32,000 nucleotides of DNA from Mycobacterium tuberculosis H37Rv (GTDB lineage Bacteria; Actinomycetota; Actinomycetes; Mycobacteriales; Mycobacteriaceae). Both the position numbers and the translations under genes were made by a program. Location: positions 3,150,001 through 3,182,000 of the forward strand of contig NC_000962.3 in NCBI RefSeq assembly GCF_000195955.2, written 5' to 3'. Under the pieces are notes generated by a model. It was not told the origin of the DNA. It made no database searches and saw nothing but the letters and a program-made list of their open reading frames with translations. Shown here piece by piece: positions 20,724 through 28,121 of the stretch (the first letter of the stretch is position 1; each line of letters starts with the position of its first letter).

Positions 20724-21646
20724 CGTGGCTCCGCTTGGCTCTGCCGGCCCGCGTATCCGCTGGCGGCGTCCACCAACGCCTTAAACAGCCGCAGATCGTC
20801 CAACGACTTCTCCGGATGCCACTGCACCGCTAGTACGAACGTGTCCCCAGGTAGCTCCAGCGCCTCGATTACCCCGTCGACATCCACCGCACTGACCACC
20901 AGGCCCTCACCGACCTGGTCGATGGCTTGGTGGTGGTAGCACGGCACGTCGGCGGATTCGCCGATCAGCTCGGCCAACCGGGTGCCCGATGCGGTGTGGA
21001 CCGGCAACCTGGTGAAGACCCCGTTGCCCGCCCGATGCCCGCTATGGCCAAGGATGTCGGGCAGGTGCTGGTGCAGCGTGCCGCCGAGCGCGACGTTGAG
21101 CACCTGGGTGCCGCGACAGATGCCCAACACGGGCATCCCCCGCTGAAGCGCGCCCCGCAATAGCGCGAACTCCCAAGCGTCGCGGCCCGGGCGAGGGTGA
21201 TCGGTGGCCGGATGCGGCTCCTGGCCATAAGCTGCCGGGTCCAGGTCGTAGCCCCCGGTGATCACCAGAGCGTGCAGGCTGTCCAGCACGCAGCCGACGC
21301 TCTCGGGGTCGACCGGCTGCGGCGGCAGCAGTACCGCAACACCCCCGGCCATGGTGATGCCTTCGAAGTAATCGGCGGGCAGATAACCCGCAGGAATATC
21401 CCAAACCCCGGTGCGCACCTGCTCCAGATAAGCCGTCAGGCCAACCACCGGGCGACTCGCGCCCAGTGGCGATCGCAAGCGCGGCGAAGCCGGGCGCAGC
21501 GGGTCGCCACCATCGGACACAGGCGATCGCAAGCGCGGCGAAGCCGGGCGCAGCGGGTCGCCACCATCGGACACAGGCGATCGCAAGCGCGGCGAAGCCG
21601 GGCGCAGCGGGTCGCCACCATCGGACCTAGAGGCGCTCAAATCCAC
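20720..21646 (-). CDS. Class I glutamine amidotransferase / gamma-glutamyl hydrolase (PuuD-like, peptidase C26; Rv2859c-like)
   Basis: The catalytic domain starts at about 21455 (RPVVGLTAYLEQ), with nucleophile ICRGTQVLNVALGG and HHQA. The 5' end is uncertain. GTG 21646 includes three 18-aa MIRU-encoded repeats and overlaps glnA4; in-frame GTG 21448 is the alternative. Confidence 0.85.
   Translation of the reverse strand: MDLSASRSDGGDPLRPASPRLRSPVSDGGDPLRPASPRLRSPVSDGGDPLRPASPRLRSPLGASRPVVGLTAYLEQVRTGVWDIPAGYLPADYFEGITMAGGVAVLLPPQPVDPESVGCVLDSLHALVITGGYDLDPAAYGQEPHPATDHPRPGRDAWEFALLRGALQRGMPVLGICRGTQVLNVALGGTLHQHLPDILGHSGHRAGNGVFTRLPVHTASGTRLAELIGESADVPCYHHQAIDQVGEGLVVSAVDVDGVIEALELPGDTFVLAVQWHPEKSLDDLRLFKALVDAASGYAGRQSQAEPR
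21465..21626. repeat. MIRU-type 54-bp tandem repeat, 3 copies, abutting the glnA4 stop
   Basis: Unit ggcgatcgcaagcgcggcgaagccgggcgcagcgggtcgccaccatcggacaca starts at 21468, 21522 and 21576. The position fits VNTR 3171 (Mtub34) by recollection. Confidence 0.95.
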
Positions 21647-23000
21647 GTATCCTCTCCCAATCGGTGACCGCCGCGTTGAACGCCGCCAGCTCCACACGCG
21701 CGTTGTTCAGGTAGTGCGCGACAACATCCTCGCCGAACGCCTCGCGCACCAGCGCAGAATCCTCGAACAGCACCGCGGCGTCGGCCAGCGTAACCGGCAG
21801 CCGTTCGACATCGGCGCCTTGGTAGGCGTTGCCGACACAGGGCTCGGGCAGCTGAAGGCCCCGCTCGATACCGTACAACCCTCCAGCAATGAGAGCCGCC
21901 ACCGCCAGGTACTGGTTGACATCACCGCCGGGAACCCGGCATTCGACCCGGATGTTTTGCCCGTGGCCAACCACCCGCAGGGCGCAGGTGCGATTGTCCA
22001 GCCCCCAAGCCAGCGCCGTCGGCGCGAAACTGCTATCGGCAAATCGCTTGTAGGAGTTAATGGTCGGCGCATAGCACAGCGTGAATTCGCGCAACGTGGC
22101 CAACTGGCCGGCGACGAAGCTGCGGAACATCGACGACATGCCGTGCGGCCCGTTACTGTCGGCAAACACCGCGGAGCCATCCGTGCCACGCAGCGAGACA
22201 TGGATGTGACAGCTATTACCTTCGCGTTCATCGTATTTCGCCATGAACGTTAGGCTCTTGCCGTGCTGGTCGGCGATTTCCTTGGCGCCGTTCTTGTAGA
22301 TCGCATGGTTGTCGCAGGTGACCAGCGCCTCGTCGTAACGAAACCCGATCTCCTGCTGGCCCATGTTGCATTCGCCTTTGACCGCCTCGAATCGCAGACC
22401 CGCACCGGCCATACCCAACCGGATGTCGCGCAGCAACGGCTCCATCCGCGAGGATGCCAATATCGCGTAGTCGATGTTGTAGTCGCTGGCCGGGGTCAGC
22501 CCGCGATACCCGCTGGCCCATGCCTGGCGATACGGCTGGTCGAACACGATGAACTCCAGCTCGGTGGCCACATCGGCGACCAGTCCGCGCGCCTTGAGCC
22601 GATCGAGCTGACGGCGCAGAATGCTGCGCGGCGAGACGGCGACCTCGCTGCCGTCGGCCCAGACCAGGTCGGCGATCACCAGCGCCGTTCCCGGTAGCCA
22701 AGGAATCAGCCGCAGAGTGGACAAGTCCGGCGTCATCACCATATCGCCGTAGCCGGTGTCCCAACTGGCCATCGCATAGCCGGGCACCGTGTTCAGGTCG
22801 ACGTCCACGGCCAGCAGATAACTGCAGCACTCGACGCCGCGGGTGGCTATGTCGTCGACGAAATGCCGGCCCGATATCCGTTTGCCGGCCAGCCGGCCCT
22901 GCATGTCGGTGAACGCGACGATGACGGTGTCGACGTCACCGGCCGCGACCAGTCGCTCCAACTCGGTCCACGCCAACGGCGGCGAACCGGGGCCGGTCAC
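21627..23000 (-). CDS. glnA4: Glutamine-synthetase-family gamma-glutamyl ligase GlnA4
   Basis: 457 aa from GTG 23000 (VTGPGSPPLAWTELERL), with a GS catalytic-domain signature around EREGNSCHIHVSL. The ORF extension to 23138 lies inside a palindrome and is rejected. Confidence 0.92.
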   Translation of the reverse strand: MTGPGSPPLAWTELERLVAAGDVDTVIVAFTDMQGRLAGKRISGRHFVDDIATRGVECCSYLLAVDVDLNTVPGYAMASWDTGYGDMVMTPDLSTLRLIPWLPGTALVIADLVWADGSEVAVSPRSILRRQLDRLKARGLVADVATELEFIVFDQPYRQAWASGYRGLTPASDYNIDYAILASSRMEPLLRDIRLGMAGAGLRFEAVKGECNMGQQEIGFRYDEALVTCDNHAIYKNGAKEIADQHGKSLTFMAKYDEREGNSCHIHVSLRGTDGSAVFADSNGPHGMSSMFRSFVAGQLATLREFTLCYAPTINSYKRFADSSFAPTALAWGLDNRTCALRVVGHGQNIRVECRVPGGDVNQYLAVAALIAGGLYGIERGLQLPEPCVGNAYQGADVERLPVTLADAAVLFEDSALVREAFGEDVVAHYLNNARVELAAFNAAVTDWERIRGFERL

Positions 23001-23096
23001 CGCACTTCCTCCCACACCATGGCCGCTAGTCAACCATCTATAGGCTCCGGGCCCACATGCTGGCTGTCGCGGGCACCGCGAACCGCCGGAGCCGGC

Positions 23097-23156
23097 GAGT
23101 AGACGCGAAAGAACATGATGGGCGCTGGTGCCCATCATGTTCTTTTGCGCCTACTC
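23097..23156. terminator. 60-bp near-perfect palindrome: probable mapB terminator or regulatory hairpin
   Basis: Arms 23097-23123 and 23130-23156 match at 25 of 27 positions. The inner 16 bp (aaagaacatgatgggc / gcccatcatgttcttt) are perfect, with a 6-nt loop gctggt. T-runs flank both sides. It starts 4 nt beyond the mapB stop codon. Confidence 0.5.
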
Positions 23157-23159
23157 GCG

Positions 23160-24017
23160 CTACAGACAGGTCAGGATCTCGACGCCGGTATCGGTAACCA
23201 GCAGGGTGTGTTCGAACTGTGCGGTCCACTTGCGGTCCTTGGTGACCACCGTCCAACCGTCGTCCCAGATTTCGTAGTCCAGTGCGCCCAAGTTGATCAT
23301 CGGCTCGATGGTGAAGGTCATCCCCGGCTGCATGATGGTCTCGACAGCGGGCTGGTCGTAGTGCAAGACGACCAGCCCGTTGTGGAACGTCGTGCCGATG
23401 CCATGACCAGTGAAGTCTCGAACCACGTTGTACCCGAACCGATTTGCATACGACTCGATGACACGACCGATAACGGACAACGCCCGCCCGGGCTTGACGG
23501 TGTTGATCGCACGCATGGTCGCTTCGCGGGTCCGGTCAACGAGCAACCGGTGTTCGTCTGCGACATCGCCGGCCGGAAACGTCGCGTTGGTGTCACCGTG
23601 CACCCCACCGATGTAGGCGGTGACGTCGATGTTGACGATGTCGCCGTCGGTGATCACCGTCGAGTCGGGGATTCCATGGCAGATGACCTCGTTGAGGGAC
23701 GTGCAGCACGACTTCGGGAATCCCTTGTAGCCCAGCGTTGATGGGTAGGCGCCGTTGTCGACCAGGTATTCGTGCGCGATCCGGTCGAGTTCGTCGGTGG
23801 TTACCCCGGGCGCGACCGCCTTGCCCGCCTCGGCCAACGCACCTGCGGCGATCCGGCCTGCCACGCGCATCTTCTCGATGACCTCAGGTGTCTGCACCCA
23901 CGGCTCGCTGCCCTCTTGGGCGGCCGGTTTGCCGACGTATTCGGGGCGCGCGATCCAGTTGGGCACCGGCCGTGTCGGGGACAGCACGCCGGGGGAGAGC
24001 GCGGTACGACTAGGCAT
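23160..24017 (-). CDS. mapB: Methionine aminopeptidase type I (with N-terminal extension)
   Basis: 285 aa with metal-ligand motifs [23 protein letters not shown] and FTIEP. Confidence 0.95.
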
Positions 24018-24058
24018 CCCGCTAGCTTAGCCGGGCAAATTTTGGCCGCGCCCGGCTA

Positions 24059-24643
24059 TCAGCCCCGGTGTCGGCGCAGCAGTGCGCGCCGCGGTCCCTT
24101 GATGACCACCGACCCGCACACCATCCGACCGGTCAACACGACATGCGGTGTTCCTTCCGCCGGTGCGTCCTTGCGGCGGTCGCTCGCGCTACCCACATAG
24201 ACCTCGACGTCGTCGATCGACGCACTGGCGCCGTTGGGCAGCCGGACCTCAAGTGAGCCGAACATCATATCGAGTTCGATCACCACCACCGGCCCCGCGA
24301 AACGGGCCTTGACGAGGTCGAGTTCGATTGACCCCAGCCGACGCACCAGCGCCAGCCGGGTGGGCACGATCCATTCGCCGTGGCGTTTCAGGGAGCCGGC
24401 CCAGCCGCGCAGCTCCACCCGGTCGGCCGCGGACGTGACGATCGCGCCAGGCCTGGGCAGGTCACCGACCAGCCCATCCAGCTCGCTTCGCGTACACGCG
24501 AAGGAAACCCGTGACGAGCGCTGCTCGAACTCGTCGATGTTGATAAGCCCGAGCGCCACGGCGTTGTGCAGTCGTCGCATTGTGCCGTTGCGGTCGGCGT
24601 CCGAGACCCGCAACGCCACCATGTCCCCACCGGTCTCCGTCAT
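24059..24643 (-). CDS. DUF1707-domain protein (Rv2862c-like)
   Basis: 194 aa from ATG 24643, with an N-terminal LRVSDADRNGTMRRLHNAVALGLINIDEFEQR motif typical of DUF1707. Function unknown. Confidence 0.8.
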   Translation of the reverse strand: MTETGGDMVALRVSDADRNGTMRRLHNAVALGLINIDEFEQRSSRVSFACTRSELDGLVGDLPRPGAIVTSAADRVELRGWAGSLKRHGEWIVPTRLALVRRLGSIELDLVKARFAGPVVVIELDMMFGSLEVRLPNGASASIDDVEVYVGSASDRRKDAPAEGTPHVVLTGRMVCGSVVIKGPRRALLRRHRG

Positions 24644-24800
24644 GGCCCATTCCCGAGAGTTCTGGCACGGCTTCAACGGCGAACTTCGCCTACCCCCCGC
24701 AACTTACCGCTGTTGAAAGGCCGCCGAAAACCTAGCAGTTTAGGTAATCCTTTCCGACGAAGAGCGGGAGGCGTTCCGGCAGCAAGCCGCAGCCCAGCAG

Positions 24801-24995
24801 ATGTCCCTCAGTAACTGGCTGCGTCAAGCGGGGCTCAGGCAGCTCGAGGCACAGCGACAACGTCCCCTGCGCACCGCCCAGGAATTGCGCGAGTTCTTTG
24901 CGTCACGGCCCGACGAGACAGGGGCAGAACCTGATTGGCAGGCGCATCTGCAGGTGATGGCTGAATCGCGCCGTCGCGGCCTGCCGGCGCCATGA
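24801..24995 (+). CDS. vapB23: VapB antitoxin (ribbon-helix-helix type); 5' end uncertain
   Basis: 64 aa from the first canonical start (ATG 24801). Its stop overlaps the vapC start (ATGA at 24992-24995). RHH-like sequence continues upstream in-frame (VILSDEEREAFRQQAAAQQ) back to a TAG at 24741; see findings. Confidence 0.7.
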   Translation: MSLSNWLRQAGLRQLEAQRQRPLRTAQELREFFASRPDETGAEPDWQAHLQVMAESRRRGLPAP

Positions 24996-25372
24996 TCTTC
25001 GTCGATACCAACGTCTTCATGTATGCGGTCGGTCGCGATCACCCATTGCGGATGCCCGCCCGTGAGTTCCTCGAGCACAGCCTCGAACACCAAGACCGCC
25101 TTGTCACGTCAGCCGAGGCCATGCAGGAATTGCTGAACGCGTATGTGCCCGTCGGGCGGAACTCGACGCTGGACTCAGCATTGACCTTGGTGCGGGCGCT
25201 GACGGAAATCTGGCCCGTCGAGGCGGCCGACGTCGCGCATGCGCGAACCCTGCACCACCGCCACCCCGGTCTGGGCGCGCGCGATCTGCTACACCTGGCA
25301 TGCTGCCAGCGTCGCGGTGTCACGCGGATCAAGACGTTCGACCACACACTGGCCAGCGCATTCCGATCATGA
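24992..25372 (+). CDS. vapC23: PIN-domain ribonuclease toxin VapC
   Basis: 126 aa. The N-terminal MIFVDTNVF motif carries the first conserved acidic PIN residue, and a later conserved Asp lies in GARDLLH. Confidence 0.9.
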   Translation: MIFVDTNVFMYAVGRDHPLRMPAREFLEHSLEHQDRLVTSAEAMQELLNAYVPVGRNSTLDSALTLVRALTEIWPVEAADVAHARTLHHRHPGLGARDLLHLACCQRRGVTRIKTFDHTLASAFRS

Positions 25373-25453
25373 CGCGTCCGTGTGGGCGCGAGCGTCCGCA
25401 GTTGTACGGCCCTAACGGCGTGTCGTCGTACAAACGAGGAGGGGCGAGCCGCG

Positions 25454-27265
25454 CTACGCCAGGTACCCCGGCGGCAGCGATTCGAACATCACCTTGGTCA
25501 TCCGCACCGCGTATTCCGAGCTACCGCCCCCGACGATCAGCGACGCAAATGCCAGATCGCCACGGTACCCGGCGAACCAGGAATGCGATCCGCCCGGGAA
25601 TTCGGCTTCGCCGGTCTTACCGAACACCTCGCCACAGCCAGCGATCTCCTTGGCGGTGCCATTGGTCACCACCAACCGCATCATGGGCCGCAGCGCGTCG
25701 ATCATCTTCTGGCTGATCGGTGTGGCATCGCCTTCGACGGCCGTCGGCCGGCCGGCGATCAGCTGTGGAACCGGGGTCTTCCCGGCGGCTACCGTCGCCG
25801 CCACCAAGGCCATGCCGAACGGGCTGGCCAGCACCTTGCCCTGGCCGAAACCGTCCTCGGTGCGTTCGGCCAGGTCCACCGTCGGCGGCACCGAACCGGT
25901 CACCGTGGTGATGCCGTCCACCTGGTAGTCAAGCCCGATCCCGTACCGCCGGGCCGCCTGAGTCAGACCGCGGGGAGGCAGCCTGCTGCTCAGCTCGGCG
26001 AAGGTGGTGTTGCAGGAACTGGCAAACGCGCGTGACATCGGCACCACGCCCAGATCAAAGCCACCGTAGTTGGGAATGGTGCGATGCCCGATGTCGATCT
26101 CCCCGGGGCAACCCAGCAGCGTCTCAGGGGTAGCCAGGTCACGCTCGACGGCCGCACCGGCGGTGATCATCTTGAATGTCGACCCGGGTGGATATAGACC
26201 GGTGGTCGCGACCGGACCGTCCGCATCGGCCCCGGCGTTCTGCGCGATCGCCAGGATCTCGCCGGTCGACGGCTTGATCACGACGATCATCGCCTTGCCG
26301 CCCCGGGTGTTCACCGCGTGTTGCGCGGCGTTTTGCACGACCCGATCCAACGTGATCGAAACCGACGACGCAGGTGATGGGGCGACCTCGTGCAGCACCG
26401 AGACGTCGACGCCATTTTGGTTGACGCTCACCACCCGCCAACCCGCCTTGCCGTCGAGTTCATCGACGACGGCCTTCTTGACATCGTTGAGGACCGCCGG
26501 CGCGAAGTGCTTGTCGGTCGGGAGCAGCTCGGCCTGCGGTGTGATCACCACGCCAGGCAGCTGCCCGATCGCCGCGGCCACCCGGTTGCTGTCGTCGGCG
26601 TGCAACGTGACCAGGTCCAACGGCTGGGTCGACGAGCTGGCCTGTTCGGCCAGCAGCTGCGGATCATTGAGCGTGTCGTCGAAGGGGTGCAGCGCGCCCA
26701 CCACCGCGTGTGCCGTGCCGAAGAGCTCGCGGCCGGCCTGGCCGGCGTCCAGCGAGTAGTGATACAGATAGCCCGGCACCAGCACATCGGTGCCGCCGAC
26801 TTCGTTCACCGAGGCGCGCCGCGGCGGGTCGGCTCGTAGCGCGAACGTTTGATGTTCGCCTAGCTTGGGATGCAACCCGCTGGTGGTCCAGCGAACGTGC
26901 CAACGCCCTTCGTCGCGGGCCATCTTCAGCTGGCCGTCATAGGTCCAGATTCGGTCCTTGGGCAGATGCCAGCTGAAGCGATAAGCGACCGTACCGGTGT
27001 CCTCGGCGTACTTGGCGCTGAGAACCTGCGCATCCAGGTGGGCGGCCTGCAGCCCCGCCCAGGCCGCGTTCAGCGCTTCGCGCGCCTCGTTGGGGTTGTC
27101 GCTGAGCTGGGCGGCGGAGGCGGTGTCACCGATGGCCAGCGCGGCGAAGAACTTTTCGGCCGCCGGACCGGGCCCTTGGGGACGCGGGGTGCAGCCCGAC
27201 ATGGCGACGACCGCAAGCAGCAGCAAACCTGAGGTGGCTGAGGCTAATGTTGTTTTAGTTACCAT
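25454..27265 (-). CDS. Penicillin-binding lipoprotein (class B-like transpeptidase with MecA_N/NTF2-like N-domain; Rv2864c-like)
   Basis: 603 aa from ATG 27265, with signal peptide and lipobox-like LLLLAVVAMSGC. Transpeptidase motifs STFK, SSCN (SxN) and KTG (FGKTGEA) are present. Confidence 0.9.
   Translation of the reverse strand: MVTKTTLASATSGLLLLAVVAMSGCTPRPQGPGPAAEKFFAALAIGDTASAAQLSDNPNEAREALNAAWAGLQAAHLDAQVLSAKYAEDTGTVAYRFSWHLPKDRIWTYDGQLKMARDEGRWHVRWTTSGLHPKLGEHQTFALRADPPRRASVNEVGGTDVLVPGYLYHYSLDAGQAGRELFGTAHAVVGALHPFDDTLNDPQLLAEQASSSTQPLDLVTLHADDSNRVAAAIGQLPGVVITPQAELLPTDKHFAPAVLNDVKKAVVDELDGKAGWRVVSVNQNGVDVSVLHEVAPSPASSVSITLDRVVQNAAQHAVNTRGGKAMIVVIKPSTGEILAIAQNAGADADGPVATTGLYPPGSTFKMITAGAAVERDLATPETLLGCPGEIDIGHRTIPNYGGFDLGVVPMSRAFASSCNTTFAELSSRLPPRGLTQAARRYGIGLDYQVDGITTVTGSVPPTVDLAERTEDGFGQGKVLASPFGMALVAATVAAGKTPVPQLIAGRPTAVEGDATPISQKMIDALRPMMRLVVTNGTAKEIAGCGEVFGKTGEAEFPGGSHSWFAGYRGDLAFASLIVGGGSSEYAVRMTKVMFESLPPGYLA
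27204..27233. repeat. Copy A of a 30-nt direct repeat, inside the PBP signal-peptide coding region
   Basis: gcgacgaccgcaagcagcagcaaacctgag matches 27421-27450 at 28 of 30 positions. Confidence 0.85.
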
Positions 27266-27420
27266 CGTTGCTGATGTTAAGAACTGTGACGGAGACACCG
27301 GCCGCGACACACCGAGACCGAACCGTTACGCCGAGACTAGGTCGCGAATGGAACACCACCGCGAAAATCGTGGCCAGAAATCGCAACCACGTTACGCTCG
27401 CGACCGCTCAATCGAGCAAG

Positions 27421-27450
27421 GCGCCGACCGCAAGCACCAGCAAACCTGAG
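27421..27450. repeat. Copy B of the 30-nt direct repeat, in the PBP/relF divergent intergenic region
   Basis: gcgccgaccgcaagcaccagcaaacctgag lies 217 bp from copy A in the same orientation. Confidence 0.85.
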
Positions 27451-27485
27451 ACGCCGCGCACAAAGTGCGAAACCACTGGAAGGTG

Positions 27486-27502
27486 AGCCCTAATTTAGGG
27501 CT
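27486..27502. promoter_or_regulatory. Perfect palindrome upstream of relF: candidate RelFG operator
   Basis: agccctaa-t-ttagggct lies 35 nt upstream of the relF ATG. A TANNNT element (tagtat, 27525-27530) ends 6 nt before the ATG, and no SD is present. Confidence 0.35.
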
Positions 27503-27536
27503 GAGCAGGACCTGTATAACGGCCTAGTATGGCGGT

Positions 27537-27818
27537 ATGCGGATACTGCCGATTTCGACGATCAAGGGCAAGCTCAATGAGTTCGTCGACGCGGTCTCGT
27601 CGACACAGGACCAGATCACCATCACCAAGAACGGTGCACCCGCAGCCGTTCTGGTCGGCGCCGACGAGTGGGAATCGTTGCAGGAGACGCTGTACTGGCT
27701 GGCGCAACCCGGAATCAGGGAGTCGATCGCTGAAGCCGACGCCGACATTGCCTCCGGCCGCACCTACGGCGAAGACGAGATCCGCGCCGAATTCGGCGTC
27801 CCGCGACGCCCCCACTGA
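27537..27818 (+). CDS. relF: Phd/YefM-family antitoxin RelF
   Basis: 93 aa beginning MRILPISTIKGKLNEFVDAV...ITITKNGAPAAVLV...WESLQETLYWL, which is typical of YefM/Phd antitoxins. Confidence 0.9.
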   Translation: MRILPISTIKGKLNEFVDAVSSTQDQITITKNGAPAAVLVGADEWESLQETLYWLAQPGIRESIAEADADIASGRTYGEDEIRAEFGVPRRPH

Positions 27819-27821
27819 GCG

Positions 27822-28085
27822 GTGCCTTACACCGTGCGGTTCACCACAACCGCGCGTCGAGACCTCCACAAGCTGCCACCGCGCATCCTCGCGGCAGTGG
27901 TCGAATTCGCGTTCGGCGATCTGTCGCGCGAGCCCCTGCGGGTGGGCAAGCCCCTTCGGCGCGAGTTGGCCGGCACGTTCAGCGCGCGTCGCGGAACGTA
28001 CCGCCTGCTGTACCGGATTGACGACGAGCACACAACGGTAGTGATCCTGCGCGTCGATCACCGCGCGGACATCTACCGCCGATAG
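27822..28085 (+). CDS. relG: RelE/ParE-family toxin RelG
   Basis: 87 aa from GTG 27822, 3 nt after the relF stop. The C-terminal motif YRLLYRIDDEHTTVVILRVDHRADIYR is typical of RelE toxins. Confidence 0.9.
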   Translation: MPYTVRFTTTARRDLHKLPPRILAAVVEFAFGDLSREPLRVGKPLRRELAGTFSARRGTYRLLYRIDDEHTTVVILRVDHRADIYRR

Positions 28086-28104
28086 CAACTCACCGACGGG
28101 CGCT

Positions 28105-28121
28105 CTGCCGTCCGACGGCAG
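28105..28121 (+). terminator. Candidate stem-loop terminator after relG
   Basis: ctgccgtc-c-gacggcag is a GC-rich palindrome 20 nt past the relG stop. It has no U-tract, so the call is tentative. Confidence 0.3.

Noticed and set aside
25373-25453. Possible bidirectional terminator between convergent vapC23 and the PBP gene (ttgtacg ... cgtacaa)
   Set aside because: The stem is only 7 bp with an 18-nt loop and no U-tract. Such matches are common by chance, so I do not report it as a feature.
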